A stretch of DNA of 32,000 nucleotides from Candidatus Electronema halotolerans (GCA_942493095.1 OW818675.1:270001-302000); one strand, 5' to 3'; positions 15,737 through 23,532 are shown, numbered from the stretch's first letter. Numbers and translations: made by a program. Notes: generated from the sequence alone by a model not told the origin.

Positions 15737-18007
15737 ATGAATGACCTGATCAAGCAGCTTCAGGAGATTGACCGGCGCATCGGCTATCTGATCCATATAA
15801 AAGATTCAGATCAATGGGGCAATCTGGCTGAATTCCGCCGCCGGGCCGAACAGCTGCGCAACTCGGCCTTTGATGTCAGCCGGGATGAATTCAGCGCCCG
15901 TCTCGACAAGTTGGATGACTCGCTCCGTTTTCTCGAAGAGCGCTGCGAAGAGGGCCTGACTCCGATGGAACGGGTGCGGATTGTCCGTTCACCGCTGCGC
16001 TTCACGCTCAAGGACATTCTTGAGAATGTCTATGAGGAGCACAAGGAGCTGGGCGGCGCAGGCGAGGCCAATATTGATCCGGCTATGGTGGTGGCCAAGG
16101 CCAACATTGTCCGACGGATAAAGCGCAAGCCTTACACCTCGCCAGTGATGGTCATTGGTCAGGAGGTCGGCAAAGGCGAGGAGTTCCGCAACGGCGGCTC
16201 CTGCAAGCCGTGGGGCAATGAGAAGGCCATGCGCTATATGCGGGTTGCTGAGACCGAAGGCATTCCAATTCATTTCTACATCTTCACGCCCGGCTCGTAT
16301 CCGATTGAGGACTATCCCGGCGCGGCCCAGCAGATTGCCCGCAATCTCTACACCATGACCAAGCTGCGGGTGCCGATGATCTCGGTGATCTCCGAAGGCG
16401 GCTCCGGCGGAGCTGAGGCCGTTGGTTTGAGCGACTTCCGCCTCATGTTTTCGCATGGCTATTACTCGGTCATCTCGCCGGAAGGCGCAGCGGCTATTGA
16501 GGGCAAAGTCAGGGAAGGCACCAAAGCATCGCCGGAGCTGATTGAAAAATGCGCCCGCCAGCTCAATATCACCGCTGCCGACAATCTCCGCCTTGGCACC
16601 ATTGACCGGATCATCAAGGAACCGCTGCTGGGTGCGAAAAGCGATGACTATGCCTTTTTCGCCCGCGTCCGCTCCGAGGTCATCCGGGCCACAGACGAGG
16701 CCGTGCTGAAAACCAAGAGCGTGCGCGGTTTCCGGGCTTATGAGGTCAAGCGGAAAAAAGCGGAAAACCCGGATGAAGCGCCCCAGATTGACATTCCGTG
16801 GGACTTGGACGAGGGCGAGACAGACAGGCTGCTGGAGCTGCGTTCCAAAAAATACCGGGAGATGAGTCTGCACAGTTTTGGCGGCATCACCATGCCAGCG
16901 GAGAACATCTTCCGGGCACTGTATTCTGTTTCTGAAAAAATCTGGTACACTATCCGCTATGATGTGCTGAAAAGTCAGCACAAGCAGATGCAGAAGACGA
17001 TCAAAGAGATTTCCGGCGAAGGCACGGCCTTGGTCAACCGCATCACCGCGCCTTTCACGAAAATTTTCTGTCGGGAGGAGCACGAAAGCAGGCCAGTGCC
17101 CCGCTCCCTGACTTCTGCGGCTCCACAAACTGCGGGTGATTACTGCCTGCTCCAAGACCCGCTGGAATTGACCGACACCTACACCAGCCCCTTGGCCAAT
17201 GAGGATCGGACCATCACCTGCCCGAATGCGGAGAAATACGGCTGCAAAGACTTGTGGATACCTGATCTGTATGGCGAATTCTGCGGGGTCTGTGAAAACT
17301 GCGGCCATCACTTTCCCCTTGAATATCAGTGGTATTTGCAAAACGTCTTTGATTCCGGCTCAATCCGCATTTTCAACAACGATATTTTTTCCAAAAATCC
17401 GCTCAACTACGAGGGCTTTGACGAGCGGTTGCAGGCGGCCCGCGCCAAAACCGGCATGGGCTGCGCCAATCTGACCTTTCATGCCAAGGTCAGGGATATC
17501 GAATTAGTTGTGACCATGCTTTTTTCTGATTTCCGCAACGGCACAGTCGGCTCGGCTGAGGGAGAAAAGTTTGTCCAAGCCTGCGACATTGCCCGGCGCA
17601 AAAAACGGCCTCTGCTCGCCTACATCCACACCACGGGCGGCATCCGCATTCAGGAAGGCACCCTTGGCGTGGCCCAGATGCCCAAATGCACGATGGCGGT
17701 GCGCGAGTACATCGACGCGGGCGGTCTGTACATAGTGGTCTATGACAACAACTCCTACGCTGGACCAGTGGCCTCGTTCCTCGGCTGCTCGCCGTATCAA
17801 TTCGCCATCCGCTCCAGCCGGATCGGCTTTGCCGGGCCGCGTGTCATCCGCGAAACCACTGGCATTGACATTCCGCCTGATTACCACGATGCCCGCAACG
17901 CCCTGAAACGCGGCCACATTCAAGGCATCACCGACCGGCGTGACTTCCGCCGTCATCTTTATCAGGTCATGCAGACTATGGGCAGTCCCGGGCTGTACTA
18001 TCGGTGA
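15737..18007 (+). CDS. fused acetyl-CoA carboxylase carboxyltransferase, alpha domain followed by beta domain
   Basis: N-terminal AccA-like half (GQEVGKGEEFRNGG, EGGSGGAEAVG, SPEGAAAI) and C-terminal AccD-like half with zinc ribbon (CPNAEKYGC...CGVCENCGHH, MGCANLTFHAK, SFLG). Confidence 0.87.
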   Translation: MNDLIKQLQEIDRRIGYLIHIKDSDQWGNLAEFRRRAEQLRNSAFDVSRDEFSARLDKLDDSLRFLEERCEEGLTPMERVRIVRSPLRFTLKDILENVYEEHKELGGAGEANIDPAMVVAKANIVRRIKRKPYTSPVMVIGQEVGKGEEFRNGGSCKPWGNEKAMRYMRVAETEGIPIHFYIFTPGSYPIEDYPGAAQQIARNLYTMTKLRVPMISVISEGGSGGAEAVGLSDFRLMFSHGYYSVISPEGAAAIEGKVREGTKASPELIEKCARQLNITAADNLRLGTIDRIIKEPLLGAKSDDYAFFARVRSEVIRATDEAVLKTKSVRGFRAYEVKRKKAENPDEAPQIDIPWDLDEGETDRLLELRSKKYREMSLHSFGGITMPAENIFRALYSVSEKIWYTIRYDVLKSQHKQMQKTIKEISGEGTALVNRITAPFTKIFCREEHESRPVPRSLTSAAPQTAGDYCLLQDPLELTDTYTSPLANEDRTITCPNAEKYGCKDLWIPDLYGEFCGVCENCGHHFPLEYQWYLQNVFDSGSIRIFNNDIFSKNPLNYEGFDERLQAARAKTGMGCANLTFHAKVRDIELVVTMLFSDFRNGTVGSAEGEKFVQACDIARRKKRPLLAYIHTTGGIRIQEGTLGVAQMPKCTMAVREYIDAGGLYIVVYDNNSYAGPVASFLGCSPYQFAIRSSRIGFAGPRVIRETTGIDIPPDYHDARNALKRGHIQGITDRRDFRRHLYQVMQTMGSPGLYYR

Positions 18008-18036
18008 TTTTTTTGCCTGAGCCGGAGGATTTTCGC

Positions 18037-18065
18037 TTGACCTTGCCGCTCGGCTGTGGCAAAAT
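18037..18065 (+). promoter_or_regulatory. putative promoter of the 18245 gene region
   Basis: TTGACC, 17-nt spacer TTGCCGCTCGGCTGTGG, CAAAAT; near-copy of the tRNA-Lys promoter. Confidence 0.45.
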
Positions 18066-18244
18066 TTTTCTAAAGGGAACCTCGATAAATTGGTGTTTTT
18101 GGCAGTTGTTGCTTTGCAACTGCTTGATTATTCGACAGCGCTTTCGGCAAGATCGGCATTTTTTCGAGGAACCATAAAGCCAATTGTTCTCTCTGTTTTG
18201 AACAACAGATTGATATTATCTACTTTAATCCAAAGAGGCAAGCA

Positions 18245-18496
18245 ATGAAAAAAGAGGAGCTGCTTCAGTTTGTTGAAGAGAAAATCAACAGTTATGCTCA
18301 ACGCATCATTGATGCTAATGACAAGGGTGATGATTCTGCGTTGGGAGAATTGATTGTCTATATGGGCTTGCGCAGAATCTTGAAAGGCGAGGAGCGTCGC
18401 ATTCAAGACTATGGCATGATGGATGCTTTTAATGATGTCCTGAAGGAGCTGGGCATTATCAAGTCCGGCAAGTTCTATCAGGATTATTTTCAGTAA
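18245..18496 (+). CDS. small conserved-looking hypothetical protein
   Basis: 83 aa; MKKEELLQFVEEKINSYAQRIIDANDKGDD...; SD-like AAGAGG upstream. Confidence 0.65.
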   Translation: MKKEELLQFVEEKINSYAQRIIDANDKGDDSALGELIVYMGLRRILKGEERRIQDYGMMDAFNDVLKELGIIKSGKFYQDYFQ

Positions 18497-18534
18497 GTTG
18501 CCAAGCCGTACAGACGACCGCAGAATTTTTTTGC

Positions 18535-18563
18535 TTGACCTTGCGGCCCGGCTGTGGTAGATA
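18535..18563 (+). promoter_or_regulatory. putative promoter of tRNA-Lys
   Basis: TTGACC, 17-nt spacer TTGCGGCCCGGCTGTGG, TAGATA, 19 nt before the mature tRNA. Confidence 0.65.
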
Positions 18564-18582
18564 AGAAGGACATTTTTCACAG

Positions 18583-18658
<76 letters not shown>

Positions 18659-18669
18659 GCAGCACATTC

Positions 18670-18705
18670 AAGGAGTCAGCCTCTTGCAGGTTGACTCCTT
18701 TTTGT
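18670..18705 (+). terminator. rho-independent terminator after tRNA-Lys
   Basis: AAGGAGTCA (18670-18678) and TGACTCCTT (18692-18700), followed by TTT. Confidence 0.65.
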
Positions 18706-18945
18706 TTATGTTGCTAATGAGCTATGCTGAATCTGTCATCTCCAGCTCTTGCAGGAGAAAATCGCGAACATGATGTTTTGTCGCAGAGGCTTGAAATGAT
18801 GCATCGTGCTGATGATTTTTTATTGCAGGATGCAGAAGGAAAGAATCGTTAGCTTGCAGGAGAGAATCGAGGTCGCGCAGGAAAACTTGCACCTGCCGAT
18901 TTTTCACTCAGGCATCAGGATAAAAAGCAACAGGAGGATGTGATC

Positions 18946-19290
18946 ATGCTGACGAACAGTATTCCCAAGCTGCTTCAGGAGGCGGGAGAGGTGAAGCAGG
19001 CGTTGGCAAAAATAGGCGAAGGGCTGCCGCCTGAAATTTCGGCGGAGGGCATGCAGGCCAAGATTGATGAACTGGAAGCAGTGATCAGCCAGCTGGATGC
19101 AGTTAATGCGGAGCGGACGCGGCTGGTGAATGTCAAGAGGGGCAAGGCCGAGGGGACGAGCGATTACATTGTGCAGGCGCGGTCGGTGGTGAAGGGAATT
19201 TTCGGGGCAGATTCTTCAGAATATGATATGGTTGGTGGAACGAGGTCGAGTGAGCGGAAGAAGCCGAAGAAGAAGGAGGGAGAGGAGTGA
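18946..19290 (+). CDS. hypothetical protein with predicted helical/coiled N-terminal half and basic tail
   Basis: SD caggagg; MLTNSIPKLLQEAGEVKQALAKIG...KKPKKKEGEE. Confidence 0.65.
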   Translation: MLTNSIPKLLQEAGEVKQALAKIGEGLPPEISAEGMQAKIDELEAVISQLDAVNAERTRLVNVKRGKAEGTSDYIVQARSVVKGIFGADSSEYDMVGGTRSSERKKPKKKEGEE

Positions 19291-19296
19291 TGTTTC

Positions 19297-19370
19297 CCGG
19301 CCCGGAGATGCGTCTCCGGGCTATCTCTTGCAAGATGCTATGAACATAGCCTTCGCTGTGCTTCGGGGAG
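19297..19370 (+). repeat. left copy of a hairpin-containing intergenic repeat
   Basis: CCCGGCCCGGAGATGCGTCTCCGGGCT with perfect stem GCCCGGAGA/TCTCCGGGC (19300-19321), and a shared AACATAGCCT segment. Confidence 0.6.
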
Positions 19371-19405
19371 GGAGGGCTTCACCATAATGAACAGAGGAGG
19401 TTTCT

Positions 19406-19660
19406 ATGAAATCAATGACCATTCACGGCATAGACGGTGAGCTTGAAAAAAAGCTGGCTGAAAGATCGAAACAGTCCGGCCTGAGCCGAAATCGTTTTGT
19501 AAAATTTATCCTACAGAAGACACTGCTCTCTGACAGGAAAGCAGCACGACGGGAAATGTTTTCCGATCTATTCGGCAAATGGACGGAAGACGAAAAAAAA
19601 GACTTTGAAGAAAGAATCAAAGAGCTGAACAGAATAGACGAGTCGGACTGGCAGGAATGA
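19406..19660 (+). CDS. VapB-like antitoxin (ribbon-helix-helix type)
   Basis: 84 aa; MTIHGIDGELEKKLAERSKQSGLSRNRFVKFILQKTL; stop overlaps the toxin start. Confidence 0.75.
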   Translation: MKSMTIHGIDGELEKKLAERSKQSGLSRNRFVKFILQKTLLSDRKAARREMFSDLFGKWTEDEKKDFEERIKELNRIDESDWQE

Positions 19661-20052
19661 CAAAGATACTTCTCGACACAAATGCATACAGCGGCTTCCT
19701 TTCAGGAGACCGGCTTGTTTTTGAGCACATCATTGAATCGGAAATCATATATCTTTCCACTGTCATGATCGGCGAACTCTTTGCCGGATTTCATGGCGGC
19801 AGCAAGTTCTCTCAAAACAAGAACGAACTGAAAACATTTCTGAGCAAGGAGGGGGTGACGGTTATTGATGTTTCAATTGAAACAGCAGAAATATTCGGAG
19901 AAATAAAATCTCAGCTTCGCCGCAAAGGAAAGATGATTCCCCTGAATGATATATGGATTGCTGCTCACGCCGTTGAAACCGGGGCGAAACTGATTTCTTA
20001 CGATGCGCACTTCAAAAATATCAGCGGACTACGCTTGTGGGAAGAGTTGTAG
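19657..20052 (+). CDS. VapC-like PIN-domain toxin
   Basis: ILLDTNAYSGFLSGD, IGELFAGF, LNDIWIAAHAVETGAKLISYDAHFKNI; ATGA overlap with the antitoxin. Confidence 0.88.
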   Translation: MTKILLDTNAYSGFLSGDRLVFEHIIESEIIYLSTVMIGELFAGFHGGSKFSQNKNELKTFLSKEGVTVIDVSIETAEIFGEIKSQLRRKGKMIPLNDIWIAAHAVETGAKLISYDAHFKNISGLRLWEEL

Positions 20053-20101
20053 CATTATTCACGCAGTATCTGCTTTAGTCAGACAAGGCAGCGTTGTAGT
20101 A

Positions 20102-20190
20102 TTCCCGGCCCAGAGATGGTCTCCGGGCTGTTGGCGGATGTCCATTGCGGGGCAAAATAAAAACATAGCCTGCTGCTTCAGCGGCGGGTA
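20102..20190 (+). repeat. right copy of the hairpin-containing intergenic repeat
   Basis: CCCGGCCCAGAGATGGTCTCCGGGCT and AACATAGCCT, aligning with the 19297..19370 copy. Confidence 0.6.
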
Positions 20191-20229
20191 GATGATATTT
20201 TAACAGTAACTGGCAGACAGGAGAATTTC

Positions 20230-20445
20230 ATGAAGATGAGAAAAGGAAAGAGTTTTGCGAAAGCGGCAAGATGTTTTGTGTTGCTGAATTTGCTTGTATC
20301 AGTCGCAGGATGGTCAGGTTTAGCGATGGCTGCGACAGAATGTTGTGGCTACAGTGATTCAAGCAATACTTACCCTTGTTATGGAGTGCGGATTTGTGGA
20401 TTCAACTCGCAAGTGCAACTTTTTTTGGTTATCCAAAAAGCATAG
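20230..20445 (+). CDS. short secreted peptide, probably a truncated gene
   Basis: Signal peptide ending SGLAMA, Cys-rich ECCGYSDSSNTYPCYGVRICG; the last ~12 codons lie inside the inverted-repeat element. Confidence 0.4.
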   Translation: MKMRKGKSFAKAARCFVLLNLLVSVAGWSGLAMAATECCGYSDSSNTYPCYGVRICGFNSQVQLFLVIQKA

Positions 20446-20557
20446 GTTGGCTGGCACTTTGAATACTTCATGTAAATTTTCTCTTAGTTAGCGACAAAAG
20501 CAAAGTTGTGACACTCCCGTAACTGCCTTTTCTTGCAACCAAAAAAAGTTGCACTTG
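20410..20557. mobile_element. 148-bp MITE-like sequence with perfect 21-bp inverted terminal repeats
   Basis: CAAGTGCAACTTTTTTTGGTT (20410-20430) and its exact reverse complement AACCAAAAAAAGTTGCACTTG (20537-20557). No transposase inside. Confidence 0.45.
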
Positions 20558-20741
20558 GAACTTGAATTCACCAACCAATACAGAAGAAGAAATGCGGGAG
20601 AAAAGAAGGCTGTATTTTACAGGCGGTGCAGAGAAAGTTTGGATATGCGATCAAAACGGAGATATGCAATTCTTCTGTGCTGCCGAAGAAATTGCACACG
20701 CAAAACGTGTTCCAGAATTTCCAAAACATATTGAAATCTAA
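20558..20741 (+). pseudogene. C-terminal remnant of a Uma2-family (DUF820) endonuclease
   Basis: Manual translation ending at TAA 20739-20741: NLNSPTNTEEEMREKRRLYFTGGAEKVWICDQNGDMQFFCAAEEIAHAKRVPEFPKHIEI*. No N-terminal portion is present. Confidence 0.6.
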
Positions 20742-20761
20742 CCGTATCTTCCCTGAATCTC

Positions 20762-22540
20762 TTGTCCTACCTCGTCCTTGCCCGCAAATCCCGGCCTCAG
20801 AACTTCGCTCAGGTCGTGGGCCAGCAGCACATAGTCCGCACTCTGCGCAACGCCCTCCTGCGCAGCCGGGTGCCGCACGCCCTGATTTTCAGTGGGGTGC
20901 GCGGCACGGGCAAAACCACCTTGGCCCGGATCATGGCCAAAGCCCTCAACTGCGAGAGCGGCCAGCCGCCGGAGCCATGCTGCTCCTGCCGCACGTGCAA
21001 GGAGATCGCCGCAGGCAGCTCGGTTGACCTGCACGAGATCGACGGCGCATCCAATCGCGGCATTCAGGAAATCCGCGAGCTGAAGGAAAACATCCGCTTC
21101 ATGCCGGTCACGTCACGCTTCAAGATCATCATCATTGATGAAGTCCACATGCTGACCACCGAGGCCTTCAACGCCCTGCTCAAGACCTTGGAAGAACCGC
21201 CGGAGCATGTCTATTTCATGTTTGCCACCACTGAGCTGCACAAGGTGCCAGTGACCATCCTTTCCCGCTGCCAACGCTACGAGCTGAAGCGGGTGCCAAG
21301 CAGCGAGCTGGCCGCCCATTTCACCAATCTTGCCCAAAGCGAAGGGATTGCCATTGAGCCAGCCGCGCTCAACATGGTGGTGCGGGCTTCCGGCGGCTCG
21401 GTGCGCGACGGCCTCAGCCTGCTTGATCAGCTTTTTTCGTATTGCGGCGAGCAGGTCTCTGCTCAAGACGCAGCAGAGGTGCTGGGCATGGTTGGCGGCG
21501 AGGTGATTGCCGGAACTGCGCAGGCACTGCTGGCCAGCGATTTGGCCGCCGCTCTCGACCGGCTGGAGACGGTGACAGCCTCTGGCATGGACATCAAACG
21601 CTTCATCAATGAGCTGCTGGCGTGGTTCCGTAATCTGGTGGTCTGCAAGGTGAGCAAAGAACCAGCCTCGCTGCTTGATTTGCCTGCGGATGAGCTGGCT
21701 GTCCTACAGGAGACTGCTGCCGCCCATTCGGCTCAGTCGCTCTTCCTGCTCTTCAATTTGCTCATGGACAGCTTGGAAAAGGCGGCGTGGTCGTCCCGGC
21801 CCCGCTTTGCCGTGGAAATGGCCTTTATTCGGGCTGTGCAGGCTGAAGACGTGGTGCCGGTGACAGAGCTGCTGGGCCGCTTGGACAGCATTTTGGCCGG
21901 AGTCGCCCTGCCGTCAGCCGAGCCTGTCCCGCAGGAGCATAAAAAAAAAATAACTGCTCCATCCGCTCCTGAGCCTGAACAGAGGCAGACACCAGATATC
22001 CCGCCTGCTCCGCCAATGCCGGAAGAGGTGCCGCATCCGGCAGAAACATCGCAAACTGCTCCGGCTCCGCAGCAGGAGAAAAGCGCAGCATCCGGCACAC
22101 GCGACATCCGTAAAGACTGGCAAGAATTTCTTGTATCGATTAAAAAGAGACATGCTATTATTGGTGCTCTCCAATGGGCTAAAGCTCCCTGCCGAGAGAA
22201 CGGCAAATTGATTCTGACGTATGATAACTCGGCGGATTGCTGTGTCTTGAAAAGCAAGGAGAGACTGGCCGAGCTGACTGCGCTGGCTTCAGATTTTTTC
22301 AAAGAAAGCCTTCAGATTGTCTTCTGCGAACCTACGTCTTGTGATGTCTCAACAGACTCCAGCGCAGCGGCAGTGCGGAGCGAGCGGCAGGCCTTGGCCA
22401 ATGATCCCTTGGTCCTGATGGCGGCGGAGATTTTCAACGGCCAAGTTGGTGACATCCGGGTCGGGCCGCAGTACAAGAAAACGCTGGCATCGGAGAAGGG
22501 GGAGACCGATAATAGCGATGACGATGAGGCGCAGCCTTAA
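20762..22540 (+). CDS. dnaX: DNA polymerase III subunit gamma/tau
   Basis: TTG start; MSYLVLARKSRPQNFAQVVGQQHIVRTLRNAL, GVRGTGKTTLARIMAKALNC, IIDEVHMLTTEAFNALLKTLEEPP. Confidence 0.95.
   Translation: MSYLVLARKSRPQNFAQVVGQQHIVRTLRNALLRSRVPHALIFSGVRGTGKTTLARIMAKALNCESGQPPEPCCSCRTCKEIAAGSSVDLHEIDGASNRGIQEIRELKENIRFMPVTSRFKIIIIDEVHMLTTEAFNALLKTLEEPPEHVYFMFATTELHKVPVTILSRCQRYELKRVPSSELAAHFTNLAQSEGIAIEPAALNMVVRASGGSVRDGLSLLDQLFSYCGEQVSAQDAAEVLGMVGGEVIAGTAQALLASDLAAALDRLETVTASGMDIKRFINELLAWFRNLVVCKVSKEPASLLDLPADELAVLQETAAAHSAQSLFLLFNLLMDSLEKAAWSSRPRFAVEMAFIRAVQAEDVVPVTELLGRLDSILAGVALPSAEPVPQEHKKKITAPSAPEPEQRQTPDIPPAPPMPEEVPHPAETSQTAPAPQQEKSAASGTRDIRKDWQEFLVSIKKRHAIIGALQWAKAPCRENGKLILTYDNSADCCVLKSKERLAELTALASDFFKESLQIVFCEPTSCDVSTDSSAAAVRSERQALANDPLVLMAAEIFNGQVGDIRVGPQYKKTLASEKGETDNSDDDEAQP
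21933..21953 (+). promoter_or_regulatory. putative dnaX slippage/frameshift site (AGGAGCAT-A10-TAA)
   Basis: Run of 10 A at 21941-21950 in the linker after the clamp-loader domains, with AGGAG just upstream. Nine A would give HKKK-stop. Confidence 0.6.
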
Positions 22541-22556
22541 AAAAAGGAGAGGAGAA

Positions 22557-22865
22557 ATGAATTTGTCGGAAATGATGAAGCAGGCCAAGGAGTTTCAGGA
22601 GAAAATGGGTACTGTGCAGGAGGACTTGGCCTCCCTGACTGTCACGGGTTCAGCAGGCGGCGGCATGGTCACAGCAGCCATGAACGGCAAGGGCGAGCTG
22701 ATCAGCGTCACCCTTGACAAGGCCATAGTCCGCCCGGAGGACGTGGAAATGCTCCAAGACCTGATCGTGGCCGCAGTCAGCGACGCAGCACGCAAAGCCG
22801 CCGAGCTGGGCCGGAACGAGCTGTCCAAGCTGACCGGCGGTCTGAAAATACCGGGATTCCCGTGA
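22557..22865 (+). CDS. ybaB: YbaB/EbfC-family nucleoid-associated protein
   Basis: MNLSEMMKQAKEFQEKMGTVQEDLASLTVTGSAGGGMVTAAMNGKGELISVTLDKAIV; SD ggaggag. The track start at 22446 is too early. Confidence 0.92.
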   Translation: MNLSEMMKQAKEFQEKMGTVQEDLASLTVTGSAGGGMVTAAMNGKGELISVTLDKAIVRPEDVEMLQDLIVAAVSDAARKAAELGRNELSKLTGGLKIPGFP

Positions 22866-22869
22866 GCGG

Positions 22870-23523
22870 TCAGGCTGTCTGTTCGATCATGCGCACTTGG
22901 GCGACCAGCTCGCGCAGGCGCGCATGATCCTTGCATCCGGGACTGCGTTCAATTCCTGAATTGACATCCACGGCCAAAGGACGCACCGTTTCAATGGCAT
23001 GGCGGATATTGTCCGCATCCAAGCCGCCAGCCAAGATGAAGTCGCGCTGGAGGCGCATATCCGCGATCAGCGACCAGTCAAAACAGTGGCCTGTGCCGCC
23101 CTCCTGGCCCTGCTGATAGGTGTCCAAAAGAAAAGCCCGAACGTGCGGACTGTAGGGGGCAATATCTTCCGCCAGCAGATGCGGCCCGACCCGCAGAGCC
23201 TTGATGATTTGGCAGGGCGCGGCCAGCCGGGCCAGCTGCTCGCAGTATTTGGGCGGCTCCTGACCGTGGAGCTGGACATAGCCAAGGGAGCAGAAGCGGA
23301 TGATTTCCTCCACCTCCTCGCGGTCACGGTCAACAAAAACCCCGACCGTGTCCACAAAGGGCGGCAGCTGCTCAATAATCAGCCGGGCCTCGCCTGGCTC
23401 AATGATGCGGGGGCTTTTCGGATGAAAGATGAAGCCGAGTGCATCCACGCCTGCCTCCACCGCTGCCATTGCATCTTCCAAATTGGTGATGCCGCAGATT
23501 TTGATGCGGATTCGTCTGTTCAT
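22870..23523 (-). CDS. trpF: phosphoribosylanthranilate isomerase
   Basis: IKICGITNLEDAMAAVEAGVDALGFIF, LQLHG-type VQLHG, FILAGGLDADN, VDVNSGIE. Confidence 0.95.
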   Translation of the reverse strand: MNRRIRIKICGITNLEDAMAAVEAGVDALGFIFHPKSPRIIEPGEARLIIEQLPPFVDTVGVFVDRDREEVEEIIRFCSLGYVQLHGQEPPKYCEQLARLAAPCQIIKALRVGPHLLAEDIAPYSPHVRAFLLDTYQQGQEGGTGHCFDWSLIADMRLQRDFILAGGLDADNIRHAIETVRPLAVDVNSGIERSPGCKDHARLRELVAQVRMIEQTA

Positions 23524-23532
23524 AATCCCAAA

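Noticed and set aside
15989-17341. 450-aa ORF on the minus strand opposite the carboxyltransferase fusion
   Set aside because: Antisense shadow of a clearly conserved coding sequence.
18128-18580. 150-aa minus-strand ORF over the 18245 gene
   Set aside because: Overlaps an SD-bearing plus-strand gene and a tRNA promoter; translation lacks family features.
18722-18907. 61-aa minus-strand ORF downstream of tRNA-Lys
   Set aside because: Very short, includes the local direct repeats and lacks a convincing SD or recognisable family.
20410-20557. Interpretation of the inverted repeat as an integron attC site
   Set aside because: The GTGCAAC and GTTGCAC arms do not fit the RYYYAAC/GTTRRRY core sites and no integrase or cassette array is present.
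20549-20734. 61-aa ORF MHLELEFTNQYRRR...
   Set aside because: Arg/Cys-rich out-of-frame reading of the Uma2-like remnant; the neighbouring frame gives the recognisable protein pattern.
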